The translations under genes and the position numbers were made by a program. A DNA stretch of 64,000 nucleotides from Microcoleus sp. GTDB lineage: Bacteria; Cyanobacteriota; Cyanobacteriia; Cyanobacteriales; Microcoleaceae. Shown here piece by piece: positions 53,238 to 63,560 of the stretch. The notes under the pieces were generated by a model. The model saw only the letters and a list, made by a program, of their open reading frames with translations. It had not been told where the DNA came from and searched no databases. How positions within the stretch are numbered: the first letter of the stretch is position 1; each line of letters starts with the position of its first letter. The stretch lies in NCBI GenBank assembly GCA_042408215.1, contig JAYFMW010000006.1, positions 416,001 to 480,000 on the forward strand. Reading direction: 5' to 3'.

Positions 53238-53600
53238 ATGACAATTGACAAAACTATGGAGATTAACACCAAAGATTACAGCATCCAGTACGATCGCGCT
53301 ACTGAAACAGTCACCTGCTGTGGCTCATTCCGGCTCAGCCAGATGGAAGAATACGCGCCGATCGTACAGTTGCTCAATGACCTGGCTGACAGGGAGCCAA
53401 AAACGATTACTCTAGACTTGCGACAGCTAGAATTTCTAAATAGTTTTGGAATTAACATAGTCTCAAAATTTGTGATTAAAGTGCGCCAGCAAAAGAATAT
53501 TCAGATCGTGGTAAAAGGCTCCAACAGGATACCTTGGCAGGGAAAGTCGCTCAAGAATTTGCAGCGGCTGATGCCTTCCTTGCAGTTGGAATTGGAATAG
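53238..53600 (+). CDS. STAS-like regulator (slr1659-like family)
   Basis: ITLDLRQLEFLNSFGI, IPWQGKSLKNLQRLMP. Confidence 0.8.
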   Translation: MTIDKTMEINTKDYSIQYDRATETVTCCGSFRLSQMEEYAPIVQLLNDLADREPKTITLDLRQLEFLNSFGINIVSKFVIKVRQQKNIQIVVKGSNRIPWQGKSLKNLQRLMPSLQLELE

Positions 53601-53793
53601 GCAATGGCAACAGCTAAACGTGAGTCCCACCGCAGAGTCCGGGAAACAGGATCGGCACTTCGACTAGGCGATCGCGATCGGTGCGGTTGGGGTAATTCAT
53701 AGTGGAGAAGTAATGGGAGTAAGTCATAGTTAAGTTAGCAGCCAACCGTAAAAAACTTCTGGAAAGACTACAAATTATCAATTGTCAATTGCT

Positions 53794-55884
53794 ATGCAGG
53801 AAGAAGAACTATCTAGAGAACAGCTACTTTTGGACGTTCAGTGCTTGCGGGCCCAATTACTTGAACTGCAACGCGGTATGTTGTCAAAGAGGGCCGACCT
53901 GGAAAACTTGCGGTCGTTTACCACAGAACACACCGACACAACGACAGCCCACCCGCTCGACAAAGCAGAGAAGTCCGATCGCCCCTGTACACTAGAAGAA
54001 GACCAGCAGTACCAGGCGATCGTCGCGGCAACTCCTGTCCCGATATTGGTTTCTCGCCTTTGTGACGGCTTAATTCTGTATGCGAACACTCAATTGGGTT
54101 CTCTCCTCGACATACCCCTAGCAGAATTGATCGGCCACCACACCCCAGACTTTTACTTCAATCCCTCCGATCGCCAAAAGGTACTTGACACGCTCGCCAA
54201 AGACGGTAACATCCTAGACTACGAGCTTCATTGCCTCAAGGCAGACGGCACCCCCTTCTGGGCAATGATCTCCGTTCAGCCCCTGCTGTTCAACGGTCAG
54301 CCGACGGCCTTGTGCGCCTTGTACGACCTCACCAAGCGCAAGGAAGCTGAACAAACCCTACAAGAAAGCGAAAAGCGACTCCGCCGCCAGAGTTGGGCCC
54401 TGTTGCAGCTAGGCCGACAGAGAACTCTCAACAACGGCGCGCTGAATGTGGGAATTCGCGAAATTACCGAGGCGGCCGCCCGCACTTTGGAGGTGGCAAA
54501 AGTCAGCGTCTGGATGTACAACCATTTCCGATTTGGCACTCGCTACGCAGCGGAACCTCAGTTGAATTTTTTGGCCCGGGCGATCGCCCACAACCAAACA
54601 GAGGCAATGCCTACAGGGGCGGCCGAGCTAGAACCTGACTCGCGGGTCAATCATTCTCAGGGAAAAATCCCCAGTCTCAGATTAGTTTGTCTCGATTTGT
54701 ACGATCGCACGGGCGATCGGCATTTGAGCCACCAGGAAATGCCGGCAAACGATTTAAATTTTTCAATTGATCCAGGATGCGACAGTGAACAGGACAAGAG
54801 GGAGTCGGAGGATGCTCAATCCCTGCCCTTTGAGGAGCTTCAAAATTCATCAATCTTAAATGTAGCCATTAGGCTGGGCGGTCACATCGTAGGCATCCTC
54901 TCTCTCGAACATATCGGCGCGCCCCGCCAGTGGGCTTTGTCCGAGCGAACCTTCGCCGATGCTTTGGCAAATTTGGTGGCGCTGGCGATCGAAGGATTTG
55001 AACGCCAACGAGCTCAAGAAGCCCTACACAAAGCCAAATCCCAACTAGAAATCACTGTCGAGCAGCGCACTTCTCAACTGACGGCGGCAAATAAACTGCT
55101 CCGCATCGAGATTGCCGATCGCAAAAGAGCCGAAATAGCTTTGCAAGAAGCCCTACACAAAGCTGAAGCTGCTTCGAGAGCGAAAAGCACCTTTCTGGCT
55201 AATATGAGCCACGAGCTGCGGACACCACTCAACGCGATTATCGGTTACAGCGAAATTTTAGAAGAAATTGCCATAGATGACGGGCTAAAATACTTGATTC
55301 CAGACATTCACAAAATTTACGGCGCTGGCAGACATTTGCTGACTTTAATTAATGATATTCTCGATCTTTCTAAAATAGAAGCCGGTCGGATGGAACTTTA
55401 TTTAGAAAGTTTTGACCTCCGTAATTTAATAGAAGAAGTCGTCGCAACTTTGCACCCTTTGGTAGAAAAAAATCGCAATCAATTGCAAGTGTCTTGCTCT
55501 CCAAATTTGGGATTAATGTATGCTGATTTGACTAAAGTGCGGCAAATTTTGTTCAATTTACTCTCGAATGCTCTTAAGTTTACAGAAGCAGGAACGGTTC
55601 TGCTGAGCGCGACTCGGGAACAAGCAGGTAGCAGCGATTGGATTTATTTGCGGGTAGCTGATACAGGGATTGGAGTGTCGGCTGGGCAGCAGCAGGGTTT
55701 GTTTGAACCTTTTATTCAAGGGGATGCTTCGACTACTCGCAAGTACGGGGGCACGGGTTTGGGATTGGCAATTAGCCGCCTGTTTTGCCAGATCATGGGT
55801 GGCGATATCACCCTTGAGAGTGAATTGGGTGTTGGCTCTACTTTTACTGTTCATTTGAAGGCAAAAGTTGATATTAGTCATTAG
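53794..55884 (+). CDS. PAS/GAF sensor histidine kinase
   Basis: FLANMSHELRTPL, QILFNLLSNALKF, DTGIG, GGTGLGLAIS; likely start MQEEELS. Confidence 0.92.
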   Translation: MQEEELSREQLLLDVQCLRAQLLELQRGMLSKRADLENLRSFTTEHTDTTTAHPLDKAEKSDRPCTLEEDQQYQAIVAATPVPILVSRLCDGLILYANTQLGSLLDIPLAELIGHHTPDFYFNPSDRQKVLDTLAKDGNILDYELHCLKADGTPFWAMISVQPLLFNGQPTALCALYDLTKRKEAEQTLQESEKRLRRQSWALLQLGRQRTLNNGALNVGIREITEAAARTLEVAKVSVWMYNHFRFGTRYAAEPQLNFLARAIAHNQTEAMPTGAAELEPDSRVNHSQGKIPSLRLVCLDLYDRTGDRHLSHQEMPANDLNFSIDPGCDSEQDKRESEDAQSLPFEELQNSSILNVAIRLGGHIVGILSLEHIGAPRQWALSERTFADALANLVALAIEGFERQRAQEALHKAKSQLEITVEQRTSQLTAANKLLRIEIADRKRAEIALQEALHKAEAASRAKSTFLANMSHELRTPLNAIIGYSEILEEIAIDDGLKYLIPDIHKIYGAGRHLLTLINDILDLSKIEAGRMELYLESFDLRNLIEEVVATLHPLVEKNRNQLQVSCSPNLGLMYADLTKVRQILFNLLSNALKFTEAGTVLLSATREQAGSSDWIYLRVADTGIGVSAGQQQGLFEPFIQGDASTTRKYGGTGLGLAISRLFCQIMGGDITLESELGVGSTFTVHLKAKVDISH

Positions 55885-56417
55885 TTATTGGTTATGGGTT
55901 ATTTGTTATTTGTGATTGGGAATGGGGCATCGGGAATGGGGCATCGGGAATGGGGCATCGGGCATCGGGCATCGGGCATCGGGCATTGGTTATTGCTAAT
56001 TATTGGTAGCACATCAAATAACCAATTACGAATTACGAATTACGAATTACGAATTACGAATTACGAATTCCCAATAACCAATAACCAATTCCCAATAACC
56101 AATAACCAATAACCAATAACCAATAACCAATGACCAATGACCAATGACCAATGACCAATGACCAATGACCAATGACCAATGACCAATTCCCAATTCCCAA
56201 TGACCAATTCCCAATTCCCAATTCCCAATTCCCAATTCCCAATTCCCAATTCCCAATTCCCAATTCCCAATTCCCAATTCCCCATTCCCAATTCCCAATG
56301 ACCAATTCCCAATTCCCAATTCCCAATTCCCCATTCCCCATTCCCCATTCCCCATTCCCCATTCCCAATTCCCAATTCCCAATTCCCCATTCCCAATTCC
56401 CAATTCCCCATTCCCAA
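55880..56417. repeat. Long compound STRR tract (GGGCATC, AATTACG, CCAATAA, CCAATGA, CCAATTC, CCCCATT)
   Basis: More than 60 tandem heptamers. Confidence 0.97.
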
Positions 56418-56496
56418 TATAAGTGTGATACCGATCGCACTTATAGAGGTCAAGCGTCACTAAGCCGCATTTGAGAGCCGCCTAGAATGTATTTAT

Positions 56497-56795
56497 AAAG
56501 AATACCCTGAAAACCCTGTGACTTTAGTCCAGGGATGAAAGGGCGTTGCAGGATTTATCCAGCCAGCCCTCTTTATGCAAGACACAAACCACATTCTGTT
56601 ACCAGAAAAATGTGGGATGGATACACAGACGCAGGTCTATACCAGCAAATGCCTACCACAAGTAGCCATAGACTCAGCAATGGGCGAGTGGGTAGTGGGT
56701 TATTGACAAACCCTTTAAGAATCAAGATTTGGGTGGATTCATCCCCCAAAGTTTGTCCTTAAGAATCCCCGTGTCTTTAGACCGGGGAGTGTCAA
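56497..56795 (+). mobile_element. ORF-less IS605-derived miniature element (mini 3)
   Basis: TTAT target, AAAA-CCCTGTGACTTTAGTCCAGGG left hairpin; right end AAGAATCCCCGTGTCTTTAGACCGGGGAGTGTCAA. Confidence 0.8.
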
Positions 56796-57142
56796 TACCT
56801 AGAACTTGCGCCGAGTGCAGGATCTAGTACCTAGTTGTATTCAGACATCGCACCTCAACCCCCTGATGGGGGGGTGGGGGATTGATCGTAGGAACGCAAT
56901 TGGGTAATAGTAAGGCTACCGTCGCCAACCAGTAGAAGGCTTGCCTGTGGCATTCGTAAGTCGGCATTCGGCATTCGGAAAGCAAAATGGCGATCGGACA
57001 AGAATTTACTTCTTTGAGATACCAATAAAAAAATCTACCGAAAGTCGTATCCCGAATACCGCCCGGTGGCTGCCTCTAATATCCAGAACGCAATGCTGCC
57101 TCGGCAGTACACAAATTATCAGGATCAAAGGAGTGCATCGAC

Positions 57143-57403
57143 ATGATTAAACCTTGCAGTACACCGCTAAAAATTAATCCTTTCACCAGTTATCGCGACC
57201 CAGATACAGGCCGGTGGATTGTAGTTACAGCAGTTCAGAACCCTTGTGAATCGAACTTGAAAGCAAAGGCCGAAGCAGAAGAAAAAGGTAAAGTAGAAGC
57301 AAGTTCTTCCGCTTACCCGACCGGATCGCAGTCGCCAAAATTCCTTTCTGTTTCCTGGCCCTCAAAAAAGTCCGTCAAAAAATCTCCTGTTGCTGTCAGC
57401 TAA
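57143..57403 (+). CDS. Small hypothetical protein
   Basis: AGGAG RBS; NPFTSYRDPDTGRWIVV motif. Confidence 0.6.
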   Translation: MIKPCSTPLKINPFTSYRDPDTGRWIVVTAVQNPCESNLKAKAEAEEKGKVEASSSAYPTGSQSPKFLSVSWPSKKSVKKSPVAVS

Positions 57404-57806
57404 TCAATACTAGGGCGTGTTTTCTGGCCTTGACCATCAGATTCCGAACCTCTAAATCCCTCTTAAAAAATGGGACGCAAGACGCTCATTCTCCCCCCTT
57501 ATTAAGGGGGGCGGGGGGGCTTTCCGGGGATAGAAAACACGCTCTAGAGGCAGATCTAGTTTCTACTAAGTAGAAGGTAGAAGGAAGAAGGTAGAAGGTA
57601 GAAGGTAGAAGGTAGAAGGAAGAATGCTTATACAGCAAGGTGTTTAGTGATTCGGATTAGACGTTTAATTAAGTGGATTTACTTATTAGCCCCTAGCTAT
57701 CAGCAAAAAAAAACAATTTATATTTCGCATAAATTGCCAAAATGTGATATAATGCCAGAAAAGTTTTTGTAGCAGTGCCTAATCTGGAGCAATATGAGGC
57801 TACTAG

Positions 57807-60359
57807 ATGTTTGGACCAATTCGCCAGCGGGGAACAGTCATTGTTGCTATCCCCGTAATTTGTCTGTTTGCTTCGCTGATAGTAATTGCAGGGATGCGGG
57901 ACAGAGCTCTACAGCTAAGAAGGCGATTAGATAATAATAAGCAGATACTTCAGGAAACTAACCGCCTGTTAAAAACTGTGGTAGATGCGGAGACGGGTAT
58001 TCGGGGTTACGGGCTGACGAAGCGCCGGGAATTTCTGGAACCTTATTTGACAGCAAAGACAACTCTGCCGAGGTTGCTGGCAAAACTCAAGGTTCTGGTG
58101 CCAAAAAATCAGCTTCAAGCTCAGCGATTTGCAGAAATTCAGCGGGAAACGGGGCTGCAAATGGATTTGTTGCAAAATACTTTGAACAAGCTCGACAGTT
58201 CGGGGGCATCAAAAGTGCCGTCGTCTCAAAGGAATCAGGTGTTCAGCCAAGGTAAATTGAAGATGGATGAGCTGCGGCAAAAAATTGACGAGTTTGCAAG
58301 AGCCGAGGCAAAATACCAAAAGATTTCGGAACTGCACATGGGGCAGTTGGTGGATGTAACTAATGCCGTGCAAGTTGCTGCTTTATTTGTCGGTTTTTTG
58401 GGTGCAGCAGCTTCCTGGTATTTATTTGATAGTTTAGAACGGGAATTGGCGAAGCGGGAAGCGAGTTTGCAAGAGGGTAAAACTCGGATTCAAGCTGTAG
58501 TAGATAATGCTGCTGATGGCATTATTACTTTGGACGTAGCAGGCAATATTGAGTCTTTTAATGCTGCTGCCGAGCGGATTTTTGGCTGGAAAGCAGAGCA
58601 AATAATCGGCTCTAATCTCCGAGGGCTGATAGCTAAACCAGGTTCGGAAAACAGCGCGGGGGATTATTCGATCGAATATTTTTTGCTAAATCCTCATGCT
58701 CTGCTCAACATTTACCAGCAAGAAACTGTCGGGCTGCGCAGCGACGGCGCGACTTTTCCCATAGAGTTGGCCGTCAGCGAAATGCGGCTGGCAAATCAAC
58801 GCTTGTTTATTGCTATTTGTCGCCATATTGGGGCGAGGAAACAAGCTGAGAAAACGCTGCGCAAGCAAGCACAAATGCTGGATTTGGCAAACGATACGAT
58901 CGCCGTACTCGACTTGAAGGGCACCATCTCTTATTGGAATTTGGGGGCAAAGCGGCTCTACGGGTGGCGGAAGTCGCAAGCAATGGGCAAAAATATTCAC
59001 GCCCTGCTGCAAACTGAATGGACGCAACCTTGGCAAGCAATTCAAGAAGTGCTGATTGAGCAGGGAAATTGGCAAGGGGAACTAATACGCACCAAGCAAG
59101 ATGGCACAAAAATAACGATCGCCAGTCGCTGGACTTTGCAGCGGGACGAGGAAGATCAACCCCAGGCTATTTTGGAAATTAGCAACGATATTAGCGGACG
59201 CAAATTGTCGGAAATTGCAGCGTCCGAAAGCGCCTCGCGGTTTCGCGCTACCTTCGAGCAAGCGGCAGTTGGCATGGCACAAGCCAGTTTAGAGAGCAAG
59301 TTGCTGTTAGTCAATCAAAAACTTTGCGATTTTTTGGGCTACTGTCGGGAAGAATTAATCGGTAAAAATTTTCAGGAGATTACTCACCCTGAAGATAGGA
59401 ATTTGGAGCTGAAATATCTGCACCAGTTGTTAGCAGGAGAAATTGAATATTATGCGGTGGAAAATCGCTACGTCTGCAAAGAGGGAAACTTGGTGTGGGC
59501 AAACTTGACTGTTTCTCTGGTGCGAGAACAAAATGGCAGTCAATATTTTATGGGGGTTGTAGAAGATATTCGGGAACGCAAACAAGCTGAGGAAAACCTG
59601 CGGTTGCGCGCTCAAGAATTGAGTTGGACAGCGAACACCCTGGCTCAAACCAGTAATATTTTGAGAAAGCGGAATCAAGAACTAGACCAGTTTGCTTATG
59701 TAGTTTCTCACGATTTGAAAGCTCCGCTCCGAGCGATCGCAAATCTTAGCAGTTGGATAGAAGAAGACCTCAGCGACTCGATGACTGAGGACACTATACA
59801 CCAGATGAATCTGTTGCGCGGCCGAGTTCACAGGATGGAAGCTTTGATTGATGGACTTCTCCAATATTCCCGCGTCGGACGCATTCACGCGAATTCAGAA
59901 ACTGTGAATGTCGAGAAGTTATTAGCCGAAATTATTGACTCTTTAGCACCATCGCCTGGGTTTGCAGTGGAAGTGGCACCAGGAATGCCAACTTTTGTGG
60001 CAGAAAGGTTGCCGTTGCAGCAGGTTTTTTCTAATTTAATTAGCAATGCAATTAAGCACAACCGAAATTTGTCGGGTTCGGTGAAAATATCAGTTACAGA
60101 GTTAGATGATTTTTACGCTTTTTCTGTAGCGGATGACGGGCCTGGGATTGCGCCTCAATATCACGAGAAGGTTTTTGTAATTTTTCAGACTTTGGAGGCT
60201 CGCGATATAGTGGAAAATACTGGCATTGGTTTGTCGCTAGTCAAGAAAATTGTGGAGGGTCAAGGGGGAACTATTTCTTTGGAATCAGCCGAAGGTAAAG
60301 GGGCAACATTTGGCTTTACTTGGCCGAAGAAACCTATTAGTAACAAAGATAGAAAGTAA
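57807..60359 (+). CDS. CHASE3/multi-PAS sensor histidine kinase
   Basis: TM-DAETGIRGY (CHASE3)-TM, three PAS domains, YVVSHDLKAPL, NLISNAIKH, DDGPGI, TGIGLS. Confidence 0.93.
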   Translation: MFGPIRQRGTVIVAIPVICLFASLIVIAGMRDRALQLRRRLDNNKQILQETNRLLKTVVDAETGIRGYGLTKRREFLEPYLTAKTTLPRLLAKLKVLVPKNQLQAQRFAEIQRETGLQMDLLQNTLNKLDSSGASKVPSSQRNQVFSQGKLKMDELRQKIDEFARAEAKYQKISELHMGQLVDVTNAVQVAALFVGFLGAAASWYLFDSLERELAKREASLQEGKTRIQAVVDNAADGIITLDVAGNIESFNAAAERIFGWKAEQIIGSNLRGLIAKPGSENSAGDYSIEYFLLNPHALLNIYQQETVGLRSDGATFPIELAVSEMRLANQRLFIAICRHIGARKQAEKTLRKQAQMLDLANDTIAVLDLKGTISYWNLGAKRLYGWRKSQAMGKNIHALLQTEWTQPWQAIQEVLIEQGNWQGELIRTKQDGTKITIASRWTLQRDEEDQPQAILEISNDISGRKLSEIAASESASRFRATFEQAAVGMAQASLESKLLLVNQKLCDFLGYCREELIGKNFQEITHPEDRNLELKYLHQLLAGEIEYYAVENRYVCKEGNLVWANLTVSLVREQNGSQYFMGVVEDIRERKQAEENLRLRAQELSWTANTLAQTSNILRKRNQELDQFAYVVSHDLKAPLRAIANLSSWIEEDLSDSMTEDTIHQMNLLRGRVHRMEALIDGLLQYSRVGRIHANSETVNVEKLLAEIIDSLAPSPGFAVEVAPGMPTFVAERLPLQQVFSNLISNAIKHNRNLSGSVKISVTELDDFYAFSVADDGPGIAPQYHEKVFVIFQTLEARDIVENTGIGLSLVKKIVEGQGGTISLESAEGKGATFGFTWPKKPISNKDRK

Positions 60360-60452
60360 GTAGACCAACCTAAAAAAACAAAACACCCAGATCCCCGACT
60401 TCTTTAAGAAGTCGGGGATTTAATAGTCGTCCTGACTACAAACACGCGCTGA

Positions 60453-60923
60453 TTAAGGGTAATTAATTGGATCGCAGCGGATTTCGATGATGAATCCGTC
60501 GGGATCGTAGAAGTAAATGCCGCGTCCGGTAGGGCGAGTGACTGGACCACTGTCGATCGCAATTTGATTTGAGTGTAGCACTTCCAGAGCGCGATCGAAC
60601 AATTGCGGATCAATATCAAAGGCTAAATGATTGGCGCGGGTAAAAGCTTTCTCCGGGTCAGGATTTGGCGGTTCTAAATCTGGCTGCGAAAATAAGTCGA
60701 TCGCAGTACCATCTGGAGTGATGAAATTAGCGACTTTGTCGGCGGCTACCATTTCTTTTAAAGTTGCCGGAATTGCTTCGCCGGTTAGTTCCTGTAAGCC
60801 GAGAATAGTACCGTAGAAGTGCCGCGAAGCTTTCAGATCCCGCACATTTAAGGCGATATGGTGAACGCGGCGCAAGTTCCCCGGCGCCAGAGCCATTTTG
60901 AGGGTGTTTTCGGTAGTTTGCAT
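60453..60923 (-). CDS. VOC/glyoxalase family protein
   Basis: VHHIALNV, NHLAF, IYFYDPDGFIIE. Confidence 0.9.
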   Translation of the reverse strand: MQTTENTLKMALAPGNLRRVHHIALNVRDLKASRHFYGTILGLQELTGEAIPATLKEMVAADKVANFITPDGTAIDLFSQPDLEPPNPDPEKAFTRANHLAFDIDPQLFDRALEVLHSNQIAIDSGPVTRPTGRGIYFYDPDGFIIEIRCDPINYP

Positions 60924-61132
60924 TGCTGTATTTGAAAAATTTTCAAATTCAATTTACTGACAATTATGCAATGATTTTTATTTTTCTTTAGGGAACGATG
61001 CTATCCCTACAAACAGCATAGCGAGGCCACCTCCCAAAATTGCGATCGCCACTAAACCTATAGCTAAATCTAACCCTGATGTATTTTCCACTAAATAGTT
61101 CTCCAATTAAATAAATCGAATCATCCACTAGC

Positions 61133-61520
61133 GGTAAGGTGCGCAGTGTGCACCCTACTTTGGCTGCCTAATGACTAATGACTAATGACTAATGACTAAT
61201 GACTAATGACTTCGCCAATTCTGCCTCAATCGCAGCGCTCAGGTAAGGTGCGCAGTGTGCACCCTACTTTGGCTGCCTAATGACTAATGACTAATGACTA
61301 ATGACTAATGACTAATGACTTCGCCAATTCTGCCTCAATCGCAGCGCTCAGGTAAGGTGCGCAGTGTGCACCCTACTTTGGCTGCCTTCTGCCTTCTGCC
61401 TAATGACTAATGACTAATGACTAATGACTAATGACTAATGACTACTGACTAATGACTAATGACTACTGACTAATGACTAATGACTACTGACTACTGACTA
61501 CTGACTAATGACTAATGACT
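61133..61520. repeat. 109-bp tandem units (REP-like palindrome + STRR + copy of the gpx 3' end) and STRR tract
   Basis: GGTAAGGTGCGCAGTGTGCACCCTAC x3; TGACTAA runs. Confidence 0.9.
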
Positions 61521-61522
61521 TC

Positions 61523-62008
61523 TTACTTCGCCAATTCTGCCTCAATCGCAGCGATCAATTCTGGCGAATCCGGGCCCACACTGCTGGGAAATCTGGCAAC
61601 AACTTCACCCTGTTTGCTAACTAAGAATTTCTCAAAATTCCAAGAAACCTCGCCCTTTGGAGCGACTGAACTGGTAAGCTTAGCATATAGCGGGTGTTGC
61701 TGACTGCCTTTAGCGCTTACTTTATCAAATAATTCAAAGCTAACGCCGTACTTTGTAGTGCAGAAATTGACGATTTCTGAGTTAGTGCCCGGTTCCTGAG
61801 CGCCGAAGTCGTTGCAGGGAAACCCTAAAACGCAGAGTCCTGCATTGCCGTACTTCTGATTCAACTCTTCGAGTCCTTTGTATTGAGGCGTGTAGCCACA
61901 TTTGGAAGCTACGTTTACGATCAAGAGTACCTTGCCAGCGTACTCTCCTAGCTGCTTGTCAGTGCCTGCGATCGTTTTTACTGTAATGTCGGAGATCGTG
62001 CTGGTCAT
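61523..62008 (-). CDS. Glutathione peroxidase family protein
   Basis: VNVASKCGYTPQY, LGFPCNDFGAQEPG, WNFEKFL. Confidence 0.95.
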   Translation of the reverse strand: MTSTISDITVKTIAGTDKQLGEYAGKVLLIVNVASKCGYTPQYKGLEELNQKYGNAGLCVLGFPCNDFGAQEPGTNSEIVNFCTTKYGVSFELFDKVSAKGSQQHPLYAKLTSSVAPKGEVSWNFEKFLVSKQGEVVARFPSSVGPDSPELIAAIEAELAK

Positions 62009-62078
62009 TTTCAAATACTTTTAGACTTTACCAACACAAGTTTACCACATTTAGGCACATTATTGCCTATTTTGATTA

Positions 62079-62750
62079 TTATTTGATTTCAGCTTCGCCA
62101 ACATAAACTACTTGACCCGCTTCTATCGGCGTTACCCGCTCGATTATAACTCGTTCTTTTTCAATGGGCAGCCCTGGGCGTGCAGTTTCAGTTTCAACGC
62201 GCTTACCAACTGCTACTTCGCCTGTTTTTGCGCGGTTTTTGTTGGCAATCAAGCGTTCTTCATACAGTTTGAGGGTTTGATGGTTTTGTTCGTTTGTTTC
62301 GTACAGAGGGCGATCGATTTCGTAGTTGTAGCTATTGCGATCGTAGCTAGCAGGAAGAGAAAGGTTTGATGCAGTTTCTGTCGCAGTGATGCCGCGGTAA
62401 ACGCCTCTTACCTGTTCTTCCCGATCGTAATCTAGTGTCTCTAATTCATCATAAGCAGGCAATTGTTCTGCTTGAGCTTTGCTGCGAAGGCCTGTAGCGT
62501 AGACGCGGCGGGCTCCGTAGTCGAACCGAGTAGAGCCGATCGGCAATAATACTTTTTTGCCAAACATCCAAATACCGGTATCAATTACTAGATAGCGAAA
62601 ACGACCAGTTTCATCAACCAAAGCATCGTAAATGCTGCCTACTTTTTCATCAGAGTCGCCGGCATAAACATCAAAGCCTTTGATGTCATCTCCCGCGAAA
62701 AATTCTTCCCTATAGTTAGGATAAAAATCGTCGATTCTTTGAAGTGTCAT
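62079..62750 (-). CDS. PRC-barrel/DUF2382 (YsnF-like) protein, probably C-terminally truncated
   Basis: RFRYLVIDTGIWMFGKKVLLPIG; LKLYEERLIANK..KTGEVAVGKRVETE. Confidence 0.8.
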   Translation of the reverse strand: MTLQRIDDFYPNYREEFFAGDDIKGFDVYAGDSDEKVGSIYDALVDETGRFRYLVIDTGIWMFGKKVLLPIGSTRFDYGARRVYATGLRSKAQAEQLPAYDELETLDYDREEQVRGVYRGITATETASNLSLPASYDRNSYNYEIDRPLYETNEQNHQTLKLYEERLIANKNRAKTGEVAVGKRVETETARPGLPIEKERVIIERVTPIEAGQVVYVGEAEIK

Positions 62751-62951
62751 GTTTTTAATCCTCGTCGCTCTACTTAAATTAATACTAAATTTTTCTCTGT
62801 TACTTTCCCTCTCCCTAAAGTCGGAAGTGTAGAATTTAGGAGGTTTAATACTATAGGAATACAGTCGGTGATTTTGGCTACCGCACTCAACAAAACTCAA
62901 AGCCCCTCACCTTACAGATGAGGGGCTGCGTCCAAGTTAGAAATTTGAAGT

Positions 62952-63485
62952 TCAGAGTTGATTTAGTTGAGTTCTGATAGTTTCTATCCTTTTGCGATTA
63001 ACTCCTAAATCCGACTCTCCCAGACGGGAAGCCGATCGCACATGAATGACTTTTGCTCCTTGATCTAGCAAGAATTCCACATCGTCAACGAACCCCATCA
63101 AGGAACTGGTAAATTCCACATAGAGGTAATTATCTGTTTGGTCGATAATTTTAGTTTTCTCCAAGGATGCGATCGCCTGTTTGAGATTTGCCATTGCAAC
63201 TGTCGGCGTCGAATTGTATGTCAAAGGCTCAATTTTGTGTGAGGAATCTTGACTGAAGCTACTGACGCAGTTGGGAGAACTGGGACAGGGTGCGAGTTGT
63301 CCTGACTCAGCGCCGAGATTGGTAGGTCTTTTTCCAGCAAACATTGTTTTTTCTCCGGGAATGGCTATGAAAATGGCGATCGACAGTATTGCTACTGCTA
63401 GCAATGAAATTAAAATAACGAGCACTTTTTTGAATGCTGTCGGCGATTTTGTTTCAACTGTTTGCAAAGTATGAGTCCTCATCAA
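62952..63485 (-). CDS. DUF1499 family protein
   Basis: LAPCPSSPNCVSS, GFVDDVEF, RSASRLGESDLGVNRKR; start uncertain. Confidence 0.9.
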   Translation of the reverse strand: MMRTHTLQTVETKSPTAFKKVLVILISLLAVAILSIAIFIAIPGEKTMFAGKRPTNLGAESGQLAPCPSSPNCVSSFSQDSSHKIEPLTYNSTPTVAMANLKQAIASLEKTKIIDQTDNYLYVEFTSSLMGFVDDVEFLLDQGAKVIHVRSASRLGESDLGVNRKRIETIRTQLNQL

Positions 63486-63560
63486 GCGGAAGTTTGATCT
63501 AATCTTAATATTAATAGATATTTACATCGAAAAATTAAGAGCCGATCGCCATTCAAATAT

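Noticed and set aside
55888..56474. ORFs with WELGIGN / FPIPNSQ repeats
   Set aside because: Translations of heptamer STRR tracts, open in several frames on both strands
60390..60420. Palindrome ATCCCCGACTTCTTTAAGAAGTCGGGGAT as a terminator
   Set aside because: It lies between convergent genes but resembles dispersed palindromic repeats and lacks clear U-tracts; function cannot be assigned
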